In this document: one piece after another, positions 29,576 through 46,584 of the stretch
How the letters are laid out: every line of letters begins with the position of its first letter
Numbering within the stretch: the stretch's first letter is position 1
Assembly (NCBI RefSeq): GCF_009914755.1
Contig: NC_060933.1
DNA: 64,000 bases
From: the human T2T-CHM13v2.0 reference genome, Homo sapiens
Strand: one strand, 5' to 3'
The notes under the pieces: generated by a model
The model's input: only the letters and a program-made list of their open reading frames with translations
Told to the model about the DNA's origin: nothing
Database searches by the model: none
Program-made: the position numbers and the translations under genes

Positions 29576-30468
29576 CTAATCACCTCATTTATGGGTGTTG
29601 GAATCCACAAAGCCAGAGGTTGAGGGGGAGCCTGTGTTGGCCCAACAGAGTACAGCTGTTTTCTGTCACCCCAAGAATAAAAAATGATGGCCTTAACTCT
29701 TGGATACCATCCCACGGACTCCCCCTGTTTTGTTTTTCAACAGAAAACATCCTGTTTCATCATGCATATTTAGTAGAATAATTCAAATATGCCTCGTAGA
29801 AATAATTAATACTTTTTCTTACCCCGAGAGTAGCCAGAGATGATGACACTATTTTTTAGTACCCACGGGGTATAAATTAAGAAGATTAATGCTCCCTGCA
29901 TGTTCTTAGACAGATGTGAGAAAGATATATGTATAAAGTATTATTTTCCATGATTCTCTCTTGATCAAATAATTCTCTTCCTCTTCTTTCATTTTGAGAG
30001 CTCTAAGATTGCTTGCAATTATCTGCTTTTGGGGGAAATGGGAGAATATTGTTTTTTATATACTTGCTGAGATCCACAAAGTAGGAAAATATTCTTTATA
30101 GAGTCCTGTAACAATTCCTAATTTTATCAGATAGTCTGGAGCAATGGCTCCCAAACATTTTTTGACCTTGAACTTCAGTAAGATATGTATTTTTCTTGAT
30201 AACCCAGAACATAAAAATACACACATACATGACCAGAGGGGAACACAGAAGTTCGCTTTAGACTCAAATTTTTTCCAAAATCTACCATTAAGCTTTGGAT
30301 AACTGGCCAAATGGTGGAATGCCAACTTTATTTGGCACACCAAGACTTCTGCTTGAGCAAGGATTATAGAGTGCATCGGTAACCCTCATGCCTCATCACT
30401 TTAGCAGCATCAGTAATGCAAACAAGGCATGACATATGGATTTACTGTTACCTTAATATTCACTTTGA

Positions 30469-30766
<298 letters not shown>

Positions 30767-31534
30767 TTAATCAAAGAAAAAAGAAAAAGAATTTGCTTTG
30801 GAAACAAGTAATTTCTCTAAATGTAACAGTTACAATGTGTGCCTTTCTGATTTGCCTTTTGTGGAGGTGGCATGACCAGGGTAACTTTTTTTTTTAATTC
30901 CTAGGACTGAAATCATTTTCTTCAATTTTTCCCCAAGAAAATTTTCAATATTAATATATTGAAATTCTCTCAGTTGAATGTATAAATGATTATTCATTGT
31001 TGGAGGAGTAAATTATTTTAATAATTAATGATGATAATGAGTCCGAATTTTAAGTATGAAAATTATTATATAAAGAGTAAAAATTACAGGCATAGATTGA
31101 GAATTAATGTTGAGAGAGTGTGATTGCTAGTAATTCTGGGGAATCCATTGTATTCTTTGTGGGACTACTTTCAGTGACATTATATCATCATCATTAAGCA
31201 AATATTCAGGCCCAGGAGATGAAGAGATTAAGTCTTGACCTCAGTTGGTTCCTATCAGGGAGGAAGGATAGCTTACTAATGTGCTGGCAGCGTCACTTCC
31301 GGCAGCAGTGACTCTGGCAGAGCTAGCGCAAGAACATCTTGCTTTTTCTACAGACCTTGTTTTAGAGAGAGGATTTGTTTAGTTTTACAGAAGTCCCATC
31401 AGGCTGCAGTTAACAGTACCAAGGAATTACCATTTCTGCCCTTTTATATCAAACTTTTAAAGTGAGTCTACCGGAATTTTAGTAATAAGAGTGTAATTTT
31501 AATTATTTTTTTGGATAAAATCTCAGGTTTATTC

Positions 31535-31822
31535 TTTTTTTTTTTTTTTTGGGTGGAGTCTCACTCTCTTGCCCAGGCTAGAGTGCAATCTTGGCTCACT
31601 GCAGCCTCCACCTGCTGTGTTCAAGAGATTCTCCTGCCTCAGCCTCCCAACTAGCTGGGATTACAGGTGCCCGCCAACACGCCCGGCTAGTTTTTGTATT
31701 TTTAGTAGAGATGAGGTTTCACCGTGTCGGCCAGCTGTTCTCCAACTCCTGATCTCAAGTGATCTGCCCGCCTCCACCTCCCAAAGTGCTGGGATTACAG
31801 GCATGAGCCGCCATGCCCGGCC
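31535..31822 (-). mobile_element. AluS-like
   Basis: Antisense Alu consensus. Confidence 0.9.
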
Positions 31823-32399
31823 AGGTTTCAGATTTATTCTTGTATCCCAGTAGTTCATTCTGTTAAAGCCACATTTGGCTTTGGCAAATATTAATTTTAG
31901 CATTTGGTCATTTGGCATTAGGCCAAAAAATGTGTATTTGGTAAATTTATTAATTAAATATCCATCTACCTGTCCATGCCCAATAAGACAAAATTTCACA
32001 AAACTGTAATTTCTTCTATTATGTATAGTGTACACTGGTCTTTCTGACCCATTTAATTTTCTTAAAGTCAACTAAATTAGTTTCTCAATCTACTAATAGG
32101 TCATGACCTTCAGTTTAAAAGTGTTGAGGTGACTCACTGTGTTCTGGGATTAGTGAAACAGTGAGGAGGGGTTATTTTTGTATGCAATATTTTCTTCCTA
32201 CGGAAGATGACCGGAAGGGATTTCTAGTTATGTTCCACTCCCAAAAATGCAACTTAAGGTCTCAAGGCATGTTAAGACTAGTAACAATGAATTAATGCTA
32301 CCACCAAACAATTTTCTATAGTGGCTGTACTAATTTATGCTCCCACTAGCAGTATCTGGGAATTCTATTTGTTCTATAATGCTTAGCAATGCTGGTATT

Positions 32400-33000
32400 G
32401 TTTTTAAATTAATAGACTATTTTTTTTAGAGCAGTTTTAGTTTTACAGCAAAATTGAGTGGAAGGTACAGAGATTTCTCATATTCCCCTGCTGCCACACA
32501 TGTGTAGCCCCTCCATTATCAACATCCCTCACCAGATACAGCATTCTTAAAAAGACATTTGTTAGAATTGATGAATCTTCATTGATGCATCAATGCATCA
32601 TCATCATCCAGAATCCATAGTTTATGTTAGGGTTTGCTCTTGTTGATGTGGTTTCCATGGGTTTGGACAAATGCGTAATGGCAGTGATACTCTAATAAAC
32701 CATTAGAGTATCATACAGAGTCGTTTCACTGCCCTAAACATCCACTGTACACTGCCTTTTCAACTGTACCTCCCCCAACCCTTGACAACCACTGATCTTT
32801 TTACTGTTTCCATAGTTTTGCCTTTTCCAGAATGTCATATAGTTGGAATCATGTAGTACATAGCCTTTTCATGTTGACTTTTCACTTAGTAATACGCATT
32901 TTAGTTTCCTCCATGTCTTTTCATGGCTTGATAGCTCATTTCTCTTTAGTGCTGAATAATATCCCATTGTCTGAATACACCACAGTTGATTTATCCCATT
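32400..33000 (-). mobile_element. L1M (L1MA/MB-type) 3' fragment
   Basis: TTTAGAGCAGTTTTAG..ACAGCAAAATTGAG; ACCACTGATCTTTTTACTGT; TTTGCCTTTTCCAGAATGTCATATAGTTGGAATC. Confidence 0.75.
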
Positions 33001-33218
33001 GTCAGTATTTTTCACTTTAGCCATCAGAGTGAGTATGTAGTAGTTATCATAGCCATTGTAAGTGAAGCCCATCTAAGTGTCTCACACTTCTTAACATTCT
33101 TAAAAAGACATAAGTGAAATAGTCTATCTATTACAGATGGCCAGGGGCTGATATTTTAAATAGTCATTCCTCTTGCTGTTTATCGTATATCTGTGTATCT
33201 GTCTCTTATAGTGAGCAG

Positions 33219-33529
33219 TTTCTTTCTTTTTTTTTTTTTGAGACAAGATTTCACTCTGTCATCCAGGCTGGAGTGCAGTGGTGCAGTCATGGCTCACTGC
33301 AGCCTTGACCTCCTGGGTTCAAGTAGTCCTCCCACTTCAGCCTCCTGAATAGCTGGGACTATGGGTGTGTACCAACCGCAACCACACCTGGCTAATTTTT
33401 AAATTTTTTTTGTAGAGCTGGGGTCTCATTGTGTTGCCCATGCTGGTCTTGAACTCTTGGGCTCAAGCAGTCCTCCACTTTGGCCTCCCAAAGTGCTGGG
33501 ATTACAGGTGTGAGCCACCGTGCCCGGCC
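33219..33529 (-). mobile_element. AluJ-like
   Basis: Antisense Alu consensus. Confidence 0.9.
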
Positions 33530-34322
33530 CCAATCCCTTTTTAATGATATCTGAGTGGCTTTCTTTAGAGGCTTCTCCAGTTTTTCACCAACAGGAAATA
33601 AAATAGATTAGAAATTCTTTGCTCAAATTTGTAAGCCCCAGGCCCGTCTAAGTGCTGTTTCAGGGCCTCAAAAATGAGCTGACACATACTCTGTTTGCAT
33701 AACTTAGAGCAGAAATTTCACCTAGTTACCCTTTGCCTGTAGAATATCCTGTTGCAGAACCCTTCTCTCTGCCTTTGCCCTGCCTCTACCACTATGAACA
33801 GGGATTCATTTATGGAAGTCTAGGGTCATCCCAACTCCAGAGGAAAATACAGTGTTTGGCTGATGACTAATGGACTCACCCTTCTCTTCAGGGACTGGGT
33901 GGGGTTGGACAGAACAGAGAAGGGTGGGACTGGCAAGGTGAGGAGCCAGTGAAGTGAGCCAGCAGGTGCACCGCTGCTGCTGCTGTGCTGATCTTGCTTA
34001 CGTGAAGAGACCAGCCCTGCTTAGATCCTTAGTGCTAATACGTGCAGGTTCATGCAAGGTTCACCTAAAGCCTCAGACAAAAGATTGGGCCTCGTTTTAA
34101 CCTTAACTCAGTTGAATTCCAGGGTAATTTCAGGTTATTTATATAGTCTTCTGAGCTCCATTTTTCCTCTTTGTTATATGTCACTAGACTTTGATGAGAA
34201 AATGATCAAGCTTGAGGGAGCCCGAGGAAAACATCTAACTTAGCCTCCTTGCATACACAAGAACAAGTAAACTTGGAATTGATCAGTACTTCCTCTTGGT
34301 GATCTATTAAGATGTTTACTGC

Positions 34323-34626
34323 TTTTTTTTTTTTTTTTTTTTTTTTTTTTTGAGGCGGAGTTTCTCCCTGTTCCCCAGGTTGGAGTACAATGGTGTGATC
34401 TCGGCTCACTACCACCTCCGCCTCCTGGGTTTAAGCGATTCTCCTGCCTCAGCCTCCTGAGTAGCTGGGATTACAGGTGTGTGCCACCACGCCCAGCTAA
34501 TTTTTTGTATCTTTAGTAGAGGTGGGGTTTCACCAAGTTAGCCAGGCTGGTCTGGAACTCCTGACCTTGTGATCTGCCCACCTCAGCCTGGCTGGGATTA
34601 CAGGCATGAGCCACCGCACTCAGCCT
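34323..34626 (-). mobile_element. AluS-like
   Basis: Long poly-T; TSD TACTGCTTT. Confidence 0.9.
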
Positions 34627-35883
34627 ACTGCTTTTTTTTTTTTTTAAGGATGTTTGCAGGGAAGATAATATGAAACACAGAGTACTCTAATTTCTTCCCC
34701 TTGATACTCTGTAAATGTATAGACCTATAGAACATTGCTCAAAATTGAAATAAATATGATGTAAAATGATCAATTAATTCAGTATTATTATTATTGTTTT
34801 CTCGACAAGAACAGTATCCAGGGTTGTTAAACAGTAATCATAAAAGTCATCTGTGTTTCTTCTTTATGCATTTCTTTCATATTCTGAGGCTATTTCTATT
34901 GCCTTCTTTCATTTCCATTTGACTCAATTTTGAGGATGGAATAAATTAATCCCAGAACTTTTATAATGTATGGATGAAAAGGGACAAGAGGCTAATGTCC
35001 CAACATTAAGCAATAAATAAGGTTGTGTATGTAAAAGTGTTTTCTACAACAGATAGAATATTCATTTGCATAATAGCCTAAGGAGTTGCCTGCTGTTCAC
35101 TGTTTAGTATAAATCAAAATGCAAATAAATCTCCCACTTTCAGTTGTGAACATTTTAAGTAATATGATCATGAAAGATACAATTACAAAAATCAGTGGTT
35201 TAGTCACATCCACATATTTGTTTTCAGGTTCTGTAATTTTTGTTGAATTTCACCTAAACCCATTTAGTTCGCATGGGATCTTGTTTCCAAAATTAGCCAT
35301 AACACATCTCATCGCTGCCTTCCCTCAAAGGAACAAGAAAGTTCTATCGTTATTGATTTTGGTCACAAGTGGACTGCTTCCTTGTATAACTTCTCTTTGG
35401 AAAGTTCGAAGTAATCAAGATAACTAATCTCTGCTCTCAGAGAGACAATCTAGTCAGCAGAAAATACTGTATTTCTCCTGGCAGCTCCTCCTTCCGCTTG
35501 GTGTTTCCTTTCTTCAGTCTATATGAGTGAAAAACAAACTCCAGACCCAAAAAATTTCTACTTTTGTGTGTGCCTATTAAGCCCCTCCTAGTAGAGCAGG
35601 AGAGATGTGGCCCTGGAATTCTGATGGTGAAAAGAGTGTTTTCTGGTAACAGGGATCTGAGCTGCTCTTCTATATTAAGATGTTTAGAAGAATGATTCCT
35701 CCTCCCAATCCCAAATCACACTGTTACTGTTTTCGTTGATTATAAAGGTAATACACACTTGGCGTAATGAATGTAAACAGTAAATGTCAAGTAGAATATG
35801 ATGCCCCCGCAATTGGTGCTCTCATTCAATGGCTGTGTGTGTTTTGTTGACATAAACAGGATGGTACTTGCCTACTGTTATAA

Positions 35884-36770
<887 letters not shown>

Positions 36771-37063
36771 TCTGTTTAAGATGACTGTGTCTTGTGGACA
36801 AATCAGAGTGTATTTACATAATCCCCTTTTAATGGACATTAAGTCAATCCATTTTCTGATGTTCTAAACCTGCAACATGAGGGAAATTAACTAAAATAAT
36901 ATTAAAAATCAATTTATCAGTCACATGAACCATTCTTCTCGTGCCCAGAAGCTACATGTGACTAGCACAGATACAGAACTTTTCTATTATTGTGTGAAGT
37001 TATGTCAGACAGTACTGTTGTAAACTACTGGTTTCAGACTTTTAAATTTTTATTTAATATTAA

Positions 37064-37371
<308 letters not shown>

Positions 37372-37790
37372 TAAAATTCATGCTTCCATCTATTCCTTTC
37401 TTCATGCTTCATTCATTCCATAAATAATTAATTATTGAGTGCCTTGTATGTGCCAGGCACTGTGGTAGGCACTCGGGTGTCTCATTCATAAAACAACAAA
37501 AATACTTGTCTTCTTAATGCTTACAATTGATCCACAAAAGGTTTTTGAGTATTCAGTCTATATAAACGCATGTGGATTTATAAGTTGTATGTATATTATT
37601 CTATGGTGTTATATCATAAAACATGTTCAAATAGGAATAGAAAAGAATAAGAAAGATAAAAATGTAAATAATTTCTGAAGTAGTCTTCCCGTATCCCACC
37701 TTGGAGGCCACTGTTCTGCATTATTTTCTTGTCCTAGATAACCATCTTCTAGAACTAGAAGATAACATTCTTCTAGTGCTGCAACTGAGC

Positions 37791-38061
37791 TTTTATTTAT
37801 TATTATTATATTATTTTGAGGCAGAGTCTTGCTCTGTTGCCCAGGCTGGAGTGTAGTGGCGTGATCTCAGCTCACTGCAACCTCCAACTCCTGGGTTCAG
37901 GCTATTCTCCTGCCTCAGCCTCCTGAGTAGCAAGGACTACAGGTGCACGCCATCATGCCCGGCAAATTTTTATCTTTAGTAGAGATGGGGTTTCACCATG
38001 TTGGCCAGACTGGTCTCGAACACCTGACCTCAAGTGATCCACTTGTCTTGGCCTCCCAAAG
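37791..38061 (-). mobile_element. AluS-like, 5' truncated
   Basis: Antisense Alu consensus. Confidence 0.88.
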
Positions 38062-38228
38062 CTTTTAAATAGCTATCAAATAGATAGTCCCTCTATTTTG
38101 ATATCTGTTCTAAATCTATTTATTTTATTAAAAGAGGACCCCCCCTTTTTTTTTTTTTGTTTTTTGTTTTTTTTTGCTATCTATAGGCTTTTTTCCTATA
38201 CTGTTTGGGTTTGTTAATTTACTTATTT

Positions 38229-38848
<620 letters not shown>

Positions 38849-39564
38849 TACTCATTTAGCAAACATTTATTAAGTTCTACTATGTACCAGTTAGGTGCTG
38901 GGAAATTGACCAAGTTAGAGTTCCTGCCCTCAAATGAGACAGGTAGCAAATCAGTGATTATAGTCCGGAGTGTCATGGAAATGCAGTCTACGAAGAGAGA
39001 AAGGAGGAAGTATTGTTTGGCAGGAAGGAGGACAACTCAGGCATGTGACCTTGTTGCCTCTTTTCTGTTTTGGGACTTAATGGAATCATAGGTTTCTCCA
39101 ATGGGTCCTTTTTTTTTTTTTTTTTTCCTCCGTGGTATTTTCTTTTCTTTTGGAATATATAGAATTCCAACCCACTGATTTAAGAATATTAAACCAGTGT
39201 AGATTATCACATTAAGGATTTGTTTATGTTAAGATGGTCATGTTTATATTTTTAAACTTAGATCTCAGGGTTGGAAGGACTCTGTATAGGACAGAACCTA
39301 AGCACAAATAATTATGTAGCTCCTTGCTGTTAGAAGGAAGCAAAGTCATTTTTCAGAGGTGTGTGTCTGTTCTTACATTCACTTAAGAAATATTAAAAAA
39401 TATCTCCTATGTGGAAAAGGCACTCAATTCTGAAATACCATTCTCCCACAGGCTTTTTTTTTCTTGGATAGAGATATTTCAGTCAGTGTTTTTATAATGA
39501 CAGTAGTTGCTGCTGCTACTTATATATTTTTCTATGTAGTCACATTGATATATAATGATATGTT

Positions 39565-39895
39565 TTTAAAATTTATTTTATGATTGACAGATAATTGTAC
39601 ATATTCATGGGCTACATAGTGATGTTTTAATACATATAATGTATAGTGATCAGATCAGGATAATTAGCATTTCATCATCTTAAACATTTATCATTTCTTT
39701 GTATTGGGAAATTTAATATCTTCCTGCTAGCTGTTTGAACTATATAATAATTGTTAGCTATGGCCATCTTATGGTGGTATAGAACACTGGAACTTATTCG
39801 TCCTATCTAGGTGTGATTTTGTATCCTTTAGGAAATCTCTCCCTGTCCTTCCTTTCTCTCTACCCTTTCCAGCCTCTAGTATCCTCTGTTCTACT
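39565..39895 (-). mobile_element. L1MA 3' end fragment just upstream of OSTF1 exon 2
   Basis: TGTACATATTCATGGG.TACATAGTGATGTTTTAATACATATAATGTATAGTGATCAGATCAGG. Confidence 0.75.
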
Positions 39896-40005
39896 TGATC
39901 ACATGGGTTTTTAATTAGGGAATTCTGAAGGATATAATGGATAATGCTATTAAGAGCAAATTCAGGAATGAAAAATTCAGTTGTTGTTTTTTCTTCCTTT
40001 TTTAG

Positions 40006-40052
40006 GGCAAGTTAAAGTCTTCAGAGCCCTGTATACGTTTGAACCCAGAACT
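40006..40052 (+). CDS. OSTF1: OSTF1 exon 2 (G)QVKVFRALYTFEPRT, start of SH3 domain
   Basis: Polypyrimidine tract ttttag|GG...ACT|gtaagt; SH3 ALYxF motif. Confidence 0.97.
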
Positions 40053-40489
40053 GTAAGTGTTCAGTTTTTAACTTCTAAAATTGACAGAAAAACCTAAGAT
40101 GATTTTATTTAGACATTTCCTCTGGTGTGAATGGTCTGCCTTTTCTTTGATAGACCTAGGTAATTCTCAGGAATGGATGTTGGGTCCAGAGCTGTGCAAG
40201 TTAAGTCCCAGGCTGATTTGCATGTCTTCTGCATCTTGAGGTCATGTCTGTCTTGTAAAGCTTCTCCCTACATGGTGACACCACCTGCTTTCAAATTGAC
40301 AAGTGACTTGCATATAAAGCACAGCGACCCTGTCTTAGTCATCTTTCTTCTGAATTTCATACTAACCTTCCTTCATTCTCCTCTTGACCCTCTACCTCAA
40401 AATAGCTCATAATGATACCTACTGCTAACCTTCCAGAACAATTTTTTATTCCTCTGCAGTGTGCATTTTCCATTGTTGTAGTTTCCGGT

Positions 40490-41050
40490 ATCCGTCCATT
40501 TATCTGTGGTTTATTAAGCGCCTATTATATGCCAGACACTGGTCCAGGCCTTGTGACTAGTGCAGGGACAACAGAAAGGATGGTCTCGTAGAGCTTGCAT
40601 CCAGTGGAGAGAGACAGAGAGTAACAGACAAATGAATGTGACTGTCAGGGGCTAAGTACTCTGGAGAAAAATAAGGAGGGTTAGGAGCAAAGAAGTTAAT
40701 GGAGAAAAGAGTGCTGTCTTCAATAGCATGTTCAGAGATGGCCTTTCTATAAAGGTGGCATCTGGGGAGAGACCTGAAGGAAGTGAGGGAGCAACAAGTG
40801 CAAGCAGCATCTTTGGTGGATGCTAGAATAGAAAAAGCAGGGAAGACAGCATGGCTTGGAAAGTTGCAAACATGGGAGAGGGTAGTGGGAGACTACTTCC
40901 GAGAGTTGGGGTGGACTGGAAGGGCAGAGCATTTAGGGCCTGTGGATCTCATTTGGATTTTGCTCTGGGTAAGATTGGAGGTGAGTAGATGGTTTTGATA
41001 CAGGAGTGACTAGACGGTGAAGCAGGGAGTCGAGACAGTTAGGAAGGAAA
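40490..41050 (-). mobile_element. L2 fragment
   Basis: TTATTAAGCGCCTATTATATGCCAGACACTG 3'-end motif and purine-rich L2 body. Confidence 0.6.
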
Positions 41051-41086
41051 GGAAAGAAACCAAGAAGATTTCTTGGGGAGAAGGGG

Positions 41087-41421
41087 TGTATGAGTCTGTT
41101 TTCACTCTGCTGATAAAGACATACCTGAGACTGGGTAATGTATAGAGAAAAAGAGGATTATCGGACTCACAGTCATGGCGGAAGGCGAAAGGCATGTCTT
41201 ACATGGCAGCAGACAAGAGAGAATGAGAACCAAGTGAAAGGGGAAACCCCTTATAAAATCAACACATCTTGTGAGACTTATTCACTACCACGAGAACAAT
41301 ATGGGGGAAATTGCTCCCATGATTCAATTATCTCCCACCAGGTGCCTCCCACAACACATGGGGATTATGGGACCTACAATTCAAGGTGAGATTTGGGTGG
41401 GGACACAGCAAAACCATATCA
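41087..41421 (-). mobile_element. THE1-family MaLR solo LTR
   Basis: TG...CA ends, 5-bp TSD AGGGG, GCTGATAAAGACATACCTGAGACTGGGTAAT. Confidence 0.88.
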
Positions 41422-41949
41422 AGGGGAAACCTGCTATCATTGACTTTTCTCTCATATATGCTAGGGACCAGAGCTTTCTCTCTGTGGGCAGTCAGCTTGC
41501 TGCCCGCTTCACCTGGGTTTGCCCCAGACCCTGCTGTCCCCAAAGTTAGAGGCAACTCAGAAGGTCACACAGAACAAGTGACACTGAGCATCAGTTCACT
41601 GCCATCAGGCCAGGGCCTGCCTTCAAATCCCAAATCTGTCTTTTACTTACTGCGTGAATTTTCTTACCTCACTGCCATTGATTCCTCATGTGAAAGTGGG
41701 GATACCATTCTGCAGTGGAACCATGCTGTGAGCATGGAGTGGGGTGAATATTGAAGGCCTACCACATGGTGAGCACCAAAAAATAGTAGCCACTAATAGA
41801 CTAACATGGGGGTGTGCATATTCAGACAGTTCTCCCAAGACTTTGTCCATGAAATGTTTCTGGAGCAAGAAAGGTAGGGTTTTTATTCTTCTCACCAAGA
41901 GATTCCACTGACAACTCTCCTGTGTTGGTGAGGGATTGGGAATGGGTAG

Positions 41950-42790
<841 letters not shown>

Positions 42791-43519
42791 GAAGTGTGAG
42801 GCCCAGGGCTGTTGTCTTTAAGCCCTGCTCACGGGGAGCGCTGTCATTTTATGCCTCTGCTTGTCCTTATCAGTTGTGTCCTGATTGGTTGCATGACCCT
42901 GAGAGGGATAAAAGTGAGGGAGGTGAGGGGTGGTTAGGTGCCAGCCTGGGCCACTCAATGAATAGACCATTCTCTGCTGCCTCCTCGAATCTAGAATGGG
43001 ACTTGCATTTACTTTGTTTTGAGACTGGAGGTGACTCCTGACTCTATCTCCTCTCTTCGTATGCTTCGTTGTCTTCGCCTTTGTCCTTTCTCACCGACCT
43101 CTTCCTTCCCCTTTGCTTCCTCATGACCTGGTTATGCCTTTCCTCACTGCCTACAGACTTAGCTCCTCCATTCCATCTGTCGTCTGAGCTAGATTGGCAT
43201 TCCTCAAAGGTGGCTTTGCTTCCACCAACTGCTTCAACCTTTTATTTGACTAAAGATGTCATCCTATATAGTCCAGCCCCTATTCCAGCCCCGCTGTGCT
43301 CTGCTCCTTCCTGTTCTTGAACTATCCCATCTAGATGTGACTCACAGTAGAACCTATCTCTCAACCCTTTCTAGACCCATGGCCCTGTCCCTTCCAAGCT
43401 GACATTAAATACTTCCTCTTCTGTAAAGACTTTTCTGACCACTCCAGCTGGAGGTGGACTGCCTCTCCTGCCTCTGAACTTCCACACGTGGTATTTCAGT
43501 CCTGCTCATAGACACAGCG

Positions 43520-43710
43520 TCTGAGGAAGCAGGGTAGCACTGGGTTCAGAGCCCGCACTAGGGTTCAGGACCAGCTCCACTTCTTGAGCAGCTGTGTGAC
43601 CTTGAGGAAATTACTGAACCTCTCTGTCACAGTGTTCTCATCTGTAAAGTGAGGATAATAATAGTCCCACCAGGTTTTAGTGAGAATTAAATGAGATTAA
43701 TTGCCTAAAG
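43520..43710 (+). mobile_element. MIR
   Basis: AGCTGTGTGACCTTGAGGAAATTACTGAACCTCTCTG core. Confidence 0.75.
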
Positions 43711-45641
43711 CTGCTTTTACTATTAAGGAGTAATTGTTACTATCGAAGGAATAGTGGTTGCTATATTAATAGACATTTAACAGATATTTTTGATGGGTTG
43801 TGTATTGATTTATTTACTTCCAATTCTACTCTAAGATGGAGTTTCTCCACTGCTTTTAAAAAAATCTTAGTTATTATTGAATATACAGGAGAATATACAT
43901 TTAATTCTTTAGGCTTTAAAAAATATTCTATATTTAAAATGTTGTATTTTTAATATTTTTAGTCCCAAGGATTATAGGCTACAGTCAGTAATGACCACTT
44001 CAAGCCCTGTTGCCTCTATATTTCTCCCCTGTTCAGCTCCGTTCAATTCAGGTATGAAGGGGGTAGCATCTGGTACAGCAGGTAGCCTCTAGCTCCCACA
44101 GACCTTCCTGACTGGTTAAGTGCCATGCCATACCCATTGTTAAATTTTGAATCTCATTCCAGAACTAGGTTAGTCTTATCTTCTTTTTCTGAATGAGAAT
44201 TTCTGTTGGAAGCTGTTTGGTCTCTCTCTCTCCCCTCTGACCAGCAGCCATCTTCTCTGGAGGGATAGATACACCACAGCATATCCTAAGCTGACCTGGC
44301 CTCCTCGAAATCACTGGGACCAGGCAATATTGAAAGGCTGAGGTGGGCTCTGAGGGACATTGCTGGCATGTGCAGCTCCCCAGGCAGGCCTGGGTCCAGT
44401 TTTAAGCTCCTGTTCCCCCTCAGGAGATGGGGACAGCAATGCGCAACCCCAGTCTTGGGGATCCATTGAACAGGAAGAACGCTAGGTAGCTCCTGGTTCT
44501 TCCTGCCAACCCATTTCTCATTTGTCTTGCTTAAAGGCAAGGGTGTCTTGGCACCACCCAGCCCCATTTGGTTCTTTTTTCTCACCCAGCTCCTTTTAAT
44601 AAAGTGTCAACCACAGACCTGGCTGGACTGAATTGACGAGTGTCAAGACAGACTGATGAGGAGGGAACAGAATTTCCTGTGTTAAGAGGAGCATTGATTT
44701 CCAAAGGGAAACCAGCAGGACCCTGCTCTGTCATGTAAAGGTTGCTGGGCTGCACTAGGTTAATAGAGCCACGTGTAGAGGAAGGAGACTGGGAATCTAA
44801 GAGCTGAGATAGGAGCCCAGCCCTGCCACTCACTCTGATTTGTAGAGAGTTTTTAACTTCTCTAAGCCTGGTTGTGAAATAGAGATTATATCCATGACCC
44901 ATCCAAGCCTAGTGAGTTGTGAGGACCAAATGAGGTCAAGTATACTTTGCAAGTAAAATATGCTGCCATTGGTTTTGTTATACTGTACTATAGGGGTAGG
45001 GCAGTTGGGAGTGTATACAGACAGATATTTTCCAAGGTGGCCAGCTGTTAATCTGGTCATGACACCATGATGGCCAATAATGGCTGTGTGTGATGCCTTT
45101 TGTATGAGAGAAAGCACAGGTGGTGGGTAAGAGCAGGGACTTCGTAATCTGACTTATAGTTCAAGTCCAGGTTCTACCATGTACCTGCTCTATGGCCTTG
45201 GAGAGGTTTCTCATCTGTAACATGATGATAAGAATAGCACCCACTTCATAGTGTTCTTGGTGAGGAACAAATTAGTTAATATTTCTGAATGCCCAGACCA
45301 GTACGTGGCACATAATATATACTATAAAGTGTTGAATAAAAACATCTGTGGAGAATTTGTTTTCTCTTTTTATTAATTTTGGGGGCTTCAGACTGACAAA
45401 TCTTAAAAATTTCAAAAGTATATCAGTTTTTCTAAACTTTTCATAAAATATATTTGCATAAACCAACAAAATTAATGCCTTGGGAATTATATGTTACCAA
45501 GAATATATGGAATGGGAATATATGTTACCAAGTGTGTACTCTTTGCTGTAACATCCCAGTGGACAACAGCCTACTTATTCTGATACCTTGCTGTTCTTCA
45601 AGGAGAGAGGAAAGGAGGAATGTAGTTAAAAAACAAAGAAA

Positions 45642-45957
45642 GGCCGGGCGCAGTGGCTCACGCCTGTAATCCCAGCACTCTGGGAGGCCGAGGCGGGTGG
45701 ATCACGAGGTCAGGAGATCGAGACCATCCTGGCTAACACGGTGAAACCCCGTCTCTACTAAAAATACAAAAAAATCAGCCGGGCGAGGTGGCAGGCACCT
45801 GTAGTCCCAGCTACTCCGGAGGCTGAGGCAGGAGAATGGCGTGAACCCTTGGGGGGCGGAGCCTGCAGAGAGCCGAGATCGTGCCACTGCACTCCAACCT
45901 GGGCGACAGTGAGACTCCGTCTCAAAAAAACAAAAAAACAAAAAACAAAAAACAAAG
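45642..45957 (+). mobile_element. AluY-like
   Basis: GAGATCGAGACCATCCTGGCTAACACGG, GAGAATGGCGTGAACCC; TSD AAAAACAAAGAAA. Confidence 0.92.
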
Positions 45958-46584
45958 AAAAGCTGGAAACAGAGAAGTGCATACTTCATTATGTTATTGT
46001 TTTCCCATTTCTGTTCCCTAACTGTGATGCTGGGAATTTAAAAGTAGGTGCTCATTGAACAATTTAGATCAGGTATCCTGCTAGTGGTTTCTTAATGGAA
46101 AATGTGAATATTGCAGGTGAAATCTGTTGTTAAAATAATGAAATTACCGTGTTGTATGTACTGCCACCAACACTGTGAAGAATTTGGTACTTAGCTAGAT
46201 TAGGAAAACGTGTCCCTAGTTTCTTTAGAAGAAGACATTTTACGAGTAGTAGCATTCCGTGTCTGGGAGCTATGGATTAAAAGAGAATAAACTGTCGACT
46301 GTAATTTCTCGGGATGAAAAAATGAGGTCACTTTTTGCCTGACTGAAATGGACTGCCTGTTCTCATTGCCTCAGTTGAAAAACAAGTCTGACCTAATGGG
46401 TGGCTTGTGGCAGACACCACTATTGAACGGCAGCCATTAATTCAAAAACCGAAATAGCACTGAGAGGTGTCGAAGCGACTGGCACTTAGTGGTCTTTCTC
46501 AAATGATGCACTTTCCCAAACCACAGAGGACGAGAATTACTTGAAAGACATTAAGAGTTTTGACTATTTTGGGCTTTATTACTT

